Positions 41,501 to 53,500 of a DNA stretch of 64,000 bases are shown here, one piece after another. A model generated the notes under the pieces. It was not told the DNA's origin and did not search any database. It saw only the letters and a list, made by a program, of their open reading frames with translations. The stretch covers positions 13,758,656 through 13,822,655 of the forward strand of contig NC_134030.1 in the NCBI RefSeq assembly GCF_964204645.1, given 5' to 3'. Source of the stretch: Tubulanus polymorphus (lineage: Eukaryota > Animalia > Nemertea). Every line of letters begins with the position of its first letter. Position 1 is the first letter of the stretch. Made by a program: the position numbers and the translations under genes.

Positions 41501-44500
41501 GTTAAACAGTACGGGTTAGCAGGTCTTTAAGGCATTGACAAGACAAATCTAAGCCAAAACTCCATTAGTATTGCCATACTTGCTAGTTTGGATATTGAAT
41601 TGAATAGCCTACTCGGTTATATTCGTAACACCGAACAAATTATAAGTGAACATACTATACCTAGTCGAATGAAATGCTCGCTATTTTGTTTTGGGTTCCA
41701 CATTGGGTTTTCCCAATGGGCTTTCCCAATTACATCAGAAGATCCCGGAATTTCCCGTATATCCAACAAACAGCCAATCACATTCAATGTAGCTCAGGTA
41801 ACAAGGTCAACTCAGATAAATAGAAGTGAGAAAATTTAGGGGGTTTATAAAGTGAGGGCCTGTAGGTCGAAAAGTACATCCAGATGAGTAGCACAAAAAA
41901 TGACAACACTTCCAGGAAGGATGAACTTTTCTATATTTCAATTCCAAGTATGAAAATTCTCATATGTGAAAATGTGCCATTACTTAGTGCTAAAAAGCAG
42001 GGTTTTTAGGTGTTTTTCAATTATAAGTCCCCTGAAAATAGCTCGATCACTATGAAATTTTTGTGGGCTCGAGAACTCATTAAGCCAAACCATGACACCA
42101 AAAATCAACACTATTGGTTCAACAGTCGATGTTTGTGCCTTGTTGACACACCGGTTCTCTATTCGTTTTCAATGAAAATTACAATTTTTGGAACTAAAAT
42201 TTCTATTACCAAGTAGTACTTACCCTTTCCTATGGTTTTTGCCAATATTTTCTAAATTTGGATTGATCGCCAATGGTTTTTCTATACGACCCGGCCCTGC
42301 GGTATTGCATTTAGCCACCGGCGAAATCCGCCATCTTTTTACGTCATAGCAAACCAAAAAAAAAACAGCTATGCGGGGCAGGTGGGCGGGATTAGGAAAG
42401 GGTAAGTACTACTCGGAAATACAAATTTTAGTTCCAAAAATTGTAATATTTCCGTCGAGTACTGTACCCTTTCCTATGGTTTTTGCTAGACAGGCCTAGC
42501 ACAAGGATGGTGGGAAAGGTAGATAGAAAAACCACCGCTCAAACGTAAGGTAAGAGGGAAAAAGAGAGCACTTACCCAAGCACGGAATGGAGCACTGTAG
42601 CACAGGGAAGACCGGTTGGCCACAGTGAGTCCGTCCAGCTCAGGGGCCCCCCCCCAGAATTTTGCGAAATTAATACTTGCAGATATGAGCCCAAACTATG
42701 TACAAGGATACACCCCCTGTGATCCTGATAATGCAACATAAATATTCTACACTAAAGGGTCCGATCGGAAAGAACGGACACCTTGAACCATGACAACAGG
42801 ACCAAGTGAAGCTAATGAGCCTAACTGGCCTGAAACATCCCGTAAATAAAATGATGTGAATGTCGATGGAGAATTCCAAAAGGCGGCCCGACAGACTTCC
42901 TCCAACGGAGCACCCGAAAAGGCTGCGCAGGAAGTAGCCATAGACCTCACTTGATGAGAAACCACTCCCTCCGATGCTCGATGTTTTAGGGCTTCAATTC
43001 GCCATTGACGCCCAACTGAGCCTGGTCGTTGGTTCTTTGCCAAAAATTCCAGGCCGCAGCGAAACAAATTCCTTCGCTGGCCCAAAGACAATATGACCTT
43101 GTCGGACTGAAAGCGCATGAATCTCAGAGCGACGGGCCGAGCAAGCCAAGAACAGCAAAAATACAGTCTTTTTTGTCAAATTTGCAAATGACACAGCCGA
43201 AAGAGGTTCAAATGGAGCCTCCATTAACTTCTTCAAAATTACAGACAGATCCCATGGTGGAACTGTCCTTGGTACCCGAGGCCGGGAAATAGAAAACCCT
43301 GCAACCAGCTGGGATATCCGATGATCCCCTGCTACATTTGGCCATCCAGAAGGACGCAATGTATGAGAAATCGCGGAGCGGTAACCTTTAATAGTTATGA
43401 CCTGCAAACCTTTTACTACAAATAGGTACAATTGAGCTACAGAGGGTGAGCATGGATCAATTACCCCTGCAGCACACCAATCCGCAAAATGACTCCATTT
43501 GGCATCGTAAATGGTACTTGTTGATGGCCGCTTAGATCGTATAAAGGAGGCAGCCTGTTCTGAAAAGCCTGAAGCTGACAAGGATCGCTGGACAATGGCC
43601 AGGCGAGCAGATTTAACCACTGGCTGTTGGATGATGCCAAAAGTTCCCCTGAGACAGAAGCGATGGGAAATTCGGAAGAATCCTGGGGTTGTCGCACAGT
43701 AGGTTGAGAAGTGGTAGGAACCATTTCTGAGCCGGCCAACATGGTGCTACCAGAACTATGTTGCAATTGACTGATCTCTCTATTTGATCCAGTAAGCGCG
43801 GCAGGACTGGTGTGGGCGGGAACGCATACGCATGCATCCCCGACCAGTCCAGAGAGAAGGCATAGACCCCCCACGCTTCCGCGTCTGGAAACGGGAACAC
43901 AAACAGAGGACACCTCCGATTGAACCGGGTGGCAAACAGATCCAGCAGCGGATTGCCAAACGTGCCCCGAACCCGATCGGCTACTTCTTGGTGGAGAACC
44001 CATTCTGTCGCAATAGCCTGACCTCGACGAGACAGAGCATCGGCCATCACGTTCCTTTTCCCTGCTAAATGTGCCACAGTCAGGGACACGCCCTTTGTCT
44101 GGCACCAAAGAAGAATTTTGGCCGACAGACCTGTGAGGGTTTCTGAGTGAGTGCCCCCTTGGTTCTGAAGGTAAGCCCTCACTGTTGAATTGTCTGTGGC
44201 TAACCAAACGTGGTGGCCCTCCACTCTCCTGTGAAAGAACTTCAGGGCCTTCCACACGGCCAGCATTTCTAGGAAATTTATGTGGTTGGTGGCCTCGTAG
44301 TGAGACCATCTCCCGGCTTTGACTCGGTTCTCCAGATGTGCCCGCCATCCTTGGTGACTGGCATCCGTGAATACACGAACTGGAGCCTCTAACGGAGCTA
44401 GTGACACCCCGAGCCAAAGATTCGTAGTTGCCGCCCACCACTGAAGATCCGGACTTGGATCGGTTGGAGGTACGGGAATCAAGGCCTCCCAGTTGCCCTT

Positions 44501-47500
44501 CGACTGAGACCAGAAGACCCTCAAATATTGTTGCAAGCACTTGCTTCTGAGGCGGCCTAAGGGCACCACCAGACCCATGGAGCTGATGGAGCCTAGAAGC
44601 CGTGACCAGTAACGAGCTGTTCTCGGGGTTGTGGACACTCCCGCTACAGCTTCTTGAAGTTTGGCCGAGATAAGTGAACTGTTGGGCCGGTAAACGAACA
44701 GTCGAACACCCCTTGACTGAAGTACCTTCTGAACTGACTTGACCAACTTGGTGAAAACCCACGGGGCTGTACTGAGGCCAAATAGAAGAGACCTGAATTG
44801 GAACTGGCGGCCTTTCCACTTTATCCTGAGAAATCGCCGAGATTTTGGGTGAATTGGAACCTGAAAGTAAGCATCTTTCAGGTCCAATGAAGCCGCCCAT
44901 TGACCCGGACGGAGCCCTTGAATCACGTCCTTGGGCTTGGTCATCCGGAACCTTGGAATGTCTAGGTGCCGATTGAGGGATGACAGATCTATCACTGTCC
45001 GTTGACCCCCTGTGGCCTTTGGTACTATGAATATTCGAGAAAACCAGCCGGGAGAAGTTTCGTTGCAAACTGGTTCGATCGCTCCCTTCTCTGCCAATTC
45101 CTTGAGAGCCGGAGAGATTAAGGCCTCCTGACCTGGTTTTGGCCGCATGTCGGGAGGTGACCTCATCAGGCGCGGTCGCCTTAGGAAACGGAGACGGTAG
45201 CCACGAGAGACGACCCGGGAGGGCCAACCGTCTCCAAAGAGGTCGGACCAGTGGTGCCTGCTGCAGACAACCTCCCACTGGTCCCAAGAATTCATTTCGA
45301 GTTTTTCCCAAAGGAAGAGACCCTTTTTGGAGCCTTCCCCTTGCCTCGATACGAACCGGAACTGTTACGACCGGACGAGGCTTGACACGATTGTTGAAGT
45401 TGCGCGCTAGTTCTCCAACCGGCATCCGAAGCCGCCTGAGAAAGCGCTGAAGTTTGAGATGGTCCTGTTTGCGTCCGTGCCGAACCTTGCGCCGCCGGCG
45501 TCGGACCAGAACGCTTTTTCCACGGAGTTCGGGGGTTGGACTTGGCCTGAACCTCCCGAATCTTCCTCAGCTCTGCGGAAACCGGAGCGCACCAACCGGA
45601 GAAGAGACGTGAAGACCTCACCAATGGGGCTCTCAGCAAAGCATTCGACACCATATCCGGTAGACGAGTTTTGGAACTGGAGTCCATCACTGACTGACGG
45701 GAGGCTAACACAAGATTAGCCTGACCCCGAACCGACAACGGAATTACATGCGAAACAGACCGAGCCAAAGATTGGATAATCCGGTCCATTCCCTCCAGTT
45801 TTAGGGCAACTGACTCTGGGTCGGAGCCCGCATGAACGGCGGCGTGAGTCTCGCGAAGCTCACCCGTCAACACCTTAAGTGCCATATCTTGAAACGAAAC
45901 AACCCTGGTAAGATTGTCCAGGATTGACGTCATGGCCACCAAACCGGACTTAGGCAAACGAATACCCGACTGTGTTGTAACAGTATCCGGGCTGATCAAA
46001 GTATAATCAGCATCCAGGCAGTCATGACTGTGATCCACAGCACCTAGAGTTGCGTAATACGCCGAGCGAAATGCGCCTATAGGTGGATCGGTTGAACTAA
46101 AATATTTCCCAGATTTCATACCCCGTTCTGGAGGGGGAAATGAAAATGTTCCAGGCCGACATTCACCCCATAATTGCGTATCCAATCGAGCCCATTCTCT
46201 CGAAACCGCTGACGATTCCCGTAAAACGTTAAGATCGGAGTCCGGAGGGCGATAAGCTTCCATTGACTCACCCACCAGAGGAGCTGCTGTGGGCTTAGCG
46301 CGAGTTGCCCCGTGCTTGACAAAGAACTCACTTATCATCGCTCTAAATCATCTTATCCTCGCCCCCGCTGGTTCGGATAAAACTGAACGGGACGGAGATA
46401 CATTGCGAGCCAGGGAAGCCCCTATCGTCTGGGGCAACCCACAATTGCTCGCGACAGGAACGACCCCAGAAGGAATTGCCGCTTCTGGGACCGGATCCTC
46501 ATTGAAATCAGACCCTACCGCAGCATCCAGGAATTCAGAGTCAGAATTCCGAAGATCTGAGTGGGCTGGCGAACTTCTAACCGGACAATCAGGAATAGGC
46601 TAACCTGTTGTAGAGGTTGCAGCGACTTGTTGCGACGAAGATAACAAGTTTAAAATTTTCTCCTCAAATACATGGAAATCCTTCTGAGTCAGGTATTTTC
46701 CAGTATCCCGACGATCATGCCGACTTCGGTGACGGTCCCTCGAACGTGATCGCGACCTACTAGAAGAATCGCTTTCATCGCTAGCCGACGTCGACGAACG
46801 ATGAGAAGACCGACGGCGAAGCTTCCGACAATAACGATCGTAGTCCCTCTCGCGATCAAACCTTGATCTGCGAGGAGATCTTGCTCGTTTATTACGCTCA
46901 CGGCGTCTAAATCTAGTGGGAGAGCGAGCTCTATCCCCGGAGCGACGATCAGAATCAGACGATGAACGTACCGGATGTTTTGAACCGGACGACGTCTGGA
47001 CCGGACCGGTGCCCGAACCGGACTGATGCCCGACCCGGACTGGACCGGTACCGACCGAACCGGTGCGGGCCGTTCACGACTACCGCGGCGCGCGCTCGGT
47101 TCCGAACATGTAGTCTGAACCGGCCGAACCGGTGAACGACCAGAGACCGGTGAATGACCGGAGACCGGTGCCGGTGAACCAGCATTCCTCCCGGTGAACG
47201 GAGTTGGGAAGCCGATCGTACCTGAACGACCGGCGACCGCTCCGCTTTACGATAAGAAACAGGATTAGAAACGTCGGTTGGCACGTCGGCCGAAACCGAC
47301 GAATCCCTGCTAACTCGACGACGATCTCTTAGTTTAAGAGCCTTATCGGCCCGAAGCCAAAGGTCCTCGGACCACACGTCGCAAATCTTGCAAGGATTGC
47401 TCCTTGCACATATTTGACCGGATTTGCCTGCACGACGCACATGAATCGTGGTTGTCCCAGGCGCCAAACAAATGCCCGCATCCCTCCCCGCCACAATGCT

Positions 47501-50500
47501 GACCCTTAGGAGGGGGTGGCATAATTATCCTGTTACAAATCAAAACAATTCAATTCAATCAAATTATATTTGTAAATAAAATTCTTACGGAAAAATAGAA
47601 ACCAGGGATAACCCCCAAACCGAACGGACTCAACGCGTTCTACTGGAGCGTTCAATCCAACGCGTTCTACTGCGAGAACGCCAAGAAAAAAGATGGCGGA
47701 TTTCGCCGGTGGCTAAATGCAATACCGCAGGGCCGGGTCGTATAGAAAAACCATTGGCGATCAATCAAAATTTAGAAAATATTGGCAAAAACCATAGGAA
47801 AGGGTACAGTACTCGACGGAAATACTGCTTCACCAGACCTTTTGCATAGGCAAACCTATGGTTTGCCAAAAATTTGTGAAATGCTTATTTTGAGGATCAA
47901 CAATGGCCAGTTGTCCGTTTCATTCTGATGGGCTGCAGATATAACTAGGGTAGATACAACATTTTCCAGCAAATAAGCCAATTTTCTAGCTCCAGATTTT
48001 TACCCCAAATATGACAATTGGCTTATTCAACGGACATGAACTGACTTCAATCACTTCCCGATCTATGTCACTACTGCTACCAAAGATCATCAAAATCAAG
48101 TAGAGCAGTCCATATAAATCTGAAGTCATTATTAACTTCCAATAGTCTACAGCATTGTTCTGAAACACATGCCTCAGAATTTGGGCTAAAAATGACATTT
48201 TTTCTGGGCACAATTAAGTTTACAAAATTGCCATTTTTAGTCTTATCGACTCAATTATCGACCCAATTCATAAGACGATGGGTCCTAGGGGGATACATAC
48301 CGTATAAACAATCAAGATACATAATTGACGTTTAAAAAATTTCCCTTGAAAAATTAAACAAATTTGTGAAATGCTTATTTTGAGGATCAACAATGGCCAG
48401 TTTTACTCTGATGGGCTGCAGATTTAACTAGGGTAGATACTACATTTTCCAGCCAATAAGCGGATTTTCTAGCTTCAGATTTTCACCTCAAAATATGATA
48501 ATTGGCTTATTCAAAAGACATGAACTATGAACTGCCTCAATCACAAGATCATCAAAATCAAGAAGAGCAGTTCATAAAAATTTGAGGTCATTATTTACTT
48601 CCAATAGTCTACAGCATTTTGAACTATTCCGTTACTTAAGTTGTTTCATCACCTCAATGTTTTATTCTAAACTCATATAAAAGAGATGAATTTGTAATGA
48701 CTTACCTGTTCGTCTGTGAATGTCTGAAATGGTATAAAATGTAAGTGCCATTAATTTTTCTTGGCAATGGTATGGTGGCTGATTTGGGCCATGTTAAGAT
48801 GAAAAATTCTGTGCAATATGCCACGCAAAAAATATATTGCTTCGTTTCTACGTCCGTTTCTGCGCGGTGCAAAAAAGGAAATTTACCGCACAAAAACACG
48901 CAAAAACGAGCGCAGAAACGAACATTCGTTTCTGCACTCGTCACTTCTTGTTTTGCGTGGCGCAAAAACGAACTTCACTTCTGCGGGGTGCAAAAAAAAA
49001 AAATTTACCACGCAAAAAGGAGTGCAGCGCCTGTTTCTGTGCGTTTTGGCGGTCACTTCTCGTTTTTGTGCAGCGCAAAAACAAACTTTGTTTCTTTGTC
49101 CATTTTTGCGCCGCGCAAAAACGAGAAATGAGCGCGCAAAAATGAGCGCAGAAACGAACATTCGTTTCTGCACTCGTCATTTCTTGTTTTGCGTGGCGCA
49201 AAAACGAACTTCACTTCTGCGGGGTGCAAAAAAGAAATTTACCACGCAAAAAGGAGTGCAGCGCCTGTTTCTGTGCGTTTTGGCGCAGTCACTTCTCGTT
49301 TTTGTGCAGCGCAAAAACAAACTTTGTTTCTTTGTCCATTTTTGCGCCGCGCAAAAACGAGAAATGAGCGCGCAAAAATGAGCGCAGAAATGAACCTTCG
49401 TTTTTGCGCCCGTTTCTGCGCATTTTTGCGCAGTCATTTCTCCTTTTTGCGCCCTGCAAAAATGAACTTCGTTTCTTCGTCCGTTTCGTTTCTGGCTGTA
49501 ACATTGCTGTTTTTATCACATGAAACAGTCCCGAGGCCAAATGAAAGGCTGAATCCAAGAACATGTCTATCGCACTTTTGAGCCCAAACGTCTACTTTTA
49601 CTTAGTAGCCACTTGAGAACAATAAGCAATTAACGATATCAGCCACTTTTCCAGTAGTATACATTTCAAAACAGTCACTCTGGAATAGCATTCCTTTCAA
49701 TTCGGTTGGTTTTCTATAGTGGCTGTTTCGAAGAGTCTACTATTGAAAAGTGACCATTTTGAAACATCTGGTTGCGATAGTGCACACTAGCAGTAGAGGT
49801 GACTGTAAAACCACCCGCCTGTTAACAGTGACTTTGTGATAGTAACTCCTACCATAGCAGCTACTCTCAAAACACATCGTTTCTAAAAGTCAACTATTGA
49901 AAAGTGACCATTTTGAGATCGCTTGCCAGATTCCCTGTTATAAATACACTGTAGCAACATATGCTTCAGATTTGCAGTGATACCTGACAATATAAACATA
50001 CTGAGAAACTCTACTCACGCTATAGTTTGGGGTATAGTTCTATTAAAGAGTGACTCAGATGAGATCTGAAGATATTGTAGATACTATCTTTGAGGATGTG
50101 AAATGTAATGAGCGATTCCCAACTCTCAATTGGAGTTAAATTTGTTTACAAATTGTCAATGGTTATGTAGTTTTAAGATAAATCAAAATTTCCTTCTTTT
50201 CATGGCGATGTAATTGAATAAAGAATTCAATTTGAACAAATGCAGCTATTTTCAAGCATAGGTCTGCATTTATTTTTGATTTTAATTCTTAGATTAAAAG
50301 CGCAAAAATTCAGGCTAACCTCTCATTATTGAAATGGTGGTTTATCTTCAACGGGGGCCTGGATGTCTTTGCATCTTAAATTAAGATGTGCATTTCGGAG
50401 TGTTCGAATTTCCCTGAATTCTAATTTTGCATTTTGACTGTAGACTAACAGCCATCATCAGGTGGAATGTAGACATTCCTAGTGATAAGGGCTTTTAGTA

Positions 50501-53500
50501 AGATGGCTGTCAGTCAACAGCTGAAACGTTGTGGTTTAACTATAATAAATTTCATGATACAAAATTCTATTGTGGAATTTCTTCATTTGTCTACAGTTAA
50601 CACGCTTTAGAGTATTTTATTCGACTTCTTTGGGTCCTGTAGCCATAAAATCGAAAATTATTTATTAATCGGCAAAGAAGGGATATAAAACCGTGTTGGT
50701 CGCTAGAAGAGGGATTCCCTGTATATCTGCACCTTAAACCGGTACCTTTGTTAGTTCTAGCTCACATTCACTTCCAAATTCAAGAATTGGTAACGTTGGT
50801 TTACGATAATTTGAGAAAAAGAGTTTAGTTGGAGAAAACTGATAATTCAGTTAATGAGTTAACTGATAATCTTATAATTCAGCGATCATTGGTTCATCGA
50901 TTCAGCGAAGTTCAAACACTGTACATTTTGGCATGTGATTGTATTGGCACCTTGAAATAAAGTTTCATAGAGATATTGCGGTGCTAAGTTTATCAATATT
51001 AAGAGGTAATTACTTTTGGTTTGTGGTCTTTTGGTGGCCAATGCAGTTTGTTCATTCGTTCATCAATCACTGTCTAGTTAGCCAGTGTAATTGACCTGCT
51101 GACCGATAGCTGCTGCTGGGTTTTTGATAACTTATATAAACAATTTACTCAACAAAGTGGGAAAGTATGTGAAACTAGAATTACAGCATATTACTGTTCA
51201 CATTTCTTTCACATCTTAAGCCAAAAGAAGTTTTCTCTATCAAATGAAATTGCTGACTTCAAAATTACGTGAACATCTCAACACTGCACTTTTATACGCT
51301 AATCGTTTGATCTTTTATAATAAGTTGGTAATTTCATTTCAACCAAACTGTATAACTACGAAATAAGATTTTGATTATGGTATCATTTCTAGCAAGCGAT
51401 AGAATGATTCAATATTCATTAACGAAAAAGCAGAGAACAGCGTGACAAAGTGAACATCACATGGATTATTTAAAAATCGTTTGTATCGAAATAAACAATT
51501 AATTCAAGGTTAATTCTAAGTATTTTAGATACATTTTTTTCGTAATTCATTTTTTGAACATATGATTTTATTTGTATATTCCTCTCTCATATACCCTTAA
51601 AAACAAATTAAGCCTAAAAGACAAATTTATTTTTTTGTCTTGTCTTTCTTTTCTACAAAATCAAAGATTTATGAACGCACCAGAATGTTTTATAATCGCC
51701 AGTGTAAAGAATTCTAGGACTGGCACTATATTTTAGTATTAATGGATTTAATCCATGATGATGTTATATGAATGAATAGTTTTCCATTGTGTTGAGCGTA
51801 ATATAATTTAGGGGATTCTTAGCATCTCAAAAACTTTGATTTTCTATTCACAGAACTGTATTCAAAGCATACAGAGTTCTGTACACAAAGCATATAGGGT
51901 TCAACAGTACCTTTGAACCTGTCACGTATCACTGCAAATCTTTAACAGATGCTGCTATTTTGAACAGGAAATAACCATGCCATCTCAAAATGGTCACTTT
52001 TCAATAGTTGACTTTTAGAAACGATGTGTTTTGAGAGTAGCTGCTATGGTAGGAGTTACTATCACTAAGTCACTGTTAACAGGCGGGTGGTTTTACAGTC
52101 ACCTCTACTGCTAGTGTGCACTATCGAAACCAGATGTTTCAAAATGGTCACTTTTCAATAGTAGACTCTTCGAAACAGCCACTATAGAAAACCAACTAAA
52201 TTGAAAGGAATACTATTTCAGAGTGACTGTTTTGAAATGTATACTACTGGAAAAGTAGCTGATATCGTTAATTGCTTATTGTTCTCAAGTGGCTACTAAG
52301 TAAAAGTAGACGTTTGGGCTCAAAAGTGAGATAGACATGTTCTTGGATTCAGCCTTTCAAATGCGAAAGTTATAAAAAAATAATCGAATACATATAAGAT
52401 CAGCTTCCTCACTAACAATTGATTAACTATTGAGAAAAGTTGATTCGAAATTTATTGAAATGAAGCTGGAACTTGAAGCACGGTAACCCAGTGCCACTAG
52501 CGATCCTAGTGGATCATCACTTGCCACTGTAGCCATGCTGGTATCCCATTTATTGAGTTTAGGTTCTTATTCAATAAAACTTCCTTAAATTGATGGTTTA
52601 TTGATTCTTTGATGAAAGCCAGCTAATTGTATCATTTGCAAATTTACATATTCAAATGAATTTAATTCTAACTTATTGACATTGAGGCAGTAACTGGTAA
52701 GTTAAAATGTTTGAGTTAACAATTACTTAAATGGAAAATAATTTTACTTTACTAATCTTTCAATTTTTAGTAAAAAACATTAGATTTCAGGAACAGATAC
52801 GAAGTTCGTTTTTGCGCCGCGCAAAAATGAGAAATAACCGGGCAGAACGAACCTTCAATTTTGCGCGGTAAATTTAGTTTTTGCTCGGCGAAGAAACGGA
52901 CGAAGAAACGAAATTGGTTTTTTTGCCGCGCAAAAACGCGCAGAAACGGGTGCAGAAATGAAGGTTTGTTTCATCGCTCATTTTGTGTGCTAAATTATAT
53001 TTTTGCGCCACGCAGAAACGGACACAGAAACGAAGCAATGTATTTTTTTTTCGCGGAATTTTTTTTTTTTAACTTGGCCCGAATCAGCCACCATACAATG
53101 GTCACCATACAATGGTCACACTAAATCTTTGTCCATCAAGTTTTCAAGTTATTGAATGGCTGTACAGACTGGCCACCACATAACTGCCCAGGAATGAAGA
53201 GAAATTTGCAATGAATATGTCTTGAATAGGGAATCATCATCATAGCAAATACTAACAATATATTGTATTCACATGCATACAACCATCTAAAAATCATACA
53301 GTTTGTTTTAAATTATGTAATCAAGATGCCTTTTTCAAAAGCTAGTTTGTGAATTATTGTAGTCATTACCTACCAAGTGGGGAAGATAATTTGGCATCAA
53401 ACCACCACCATACACCAGGTAGCACTGATTCAGAGGGTTCTTTCAGCATTTGTTTGGGAATGGCGTGAAATTGTCATTAAGCATCTTGTTGATTTTACCA

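Larger units (their letters stand above)
42178..47824 (-). mobile_element. DIRS1-type retrotransposon, copy 2, structurally complete (~5.65 kb) but coding-defective
   Basis: ITRs ~47687-47806 and ~42221-42340; 3' extension 42178-42220; ICR ~42393-42487 complementary to both element ends; gag, RT-RH-MT (43613..45295) and overlapping YR ORF. Confidence 0.96.
48771..53095. mobile_element. Non-autonomous DNA transposon with TATGG...CCATA termini and 6-bp TSD (IS3EU-like)
   Basis: TIRs tatggtggctgatttgggccatgttaa / ttaacttggcccgaatcagccaccata; CAATGG on both sides; cgcaaaaa and gcagaaacg subterminal arrays. Confidence 0.8.

Noticed and set aside
41480-41530. gccgtggttaaacag as a mitochondrial 12S rRNA insertion
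   Set aside because: The similarity is too short and no other rRNA landmarks are nearby.
48702-49581. Cluster of overlapping K/R/C/F-rich ORFs on both strands
   Set aside because: By-product of stop-poor cgcaaaaa/gcagaaacg repeats; open in several frames with no domain.
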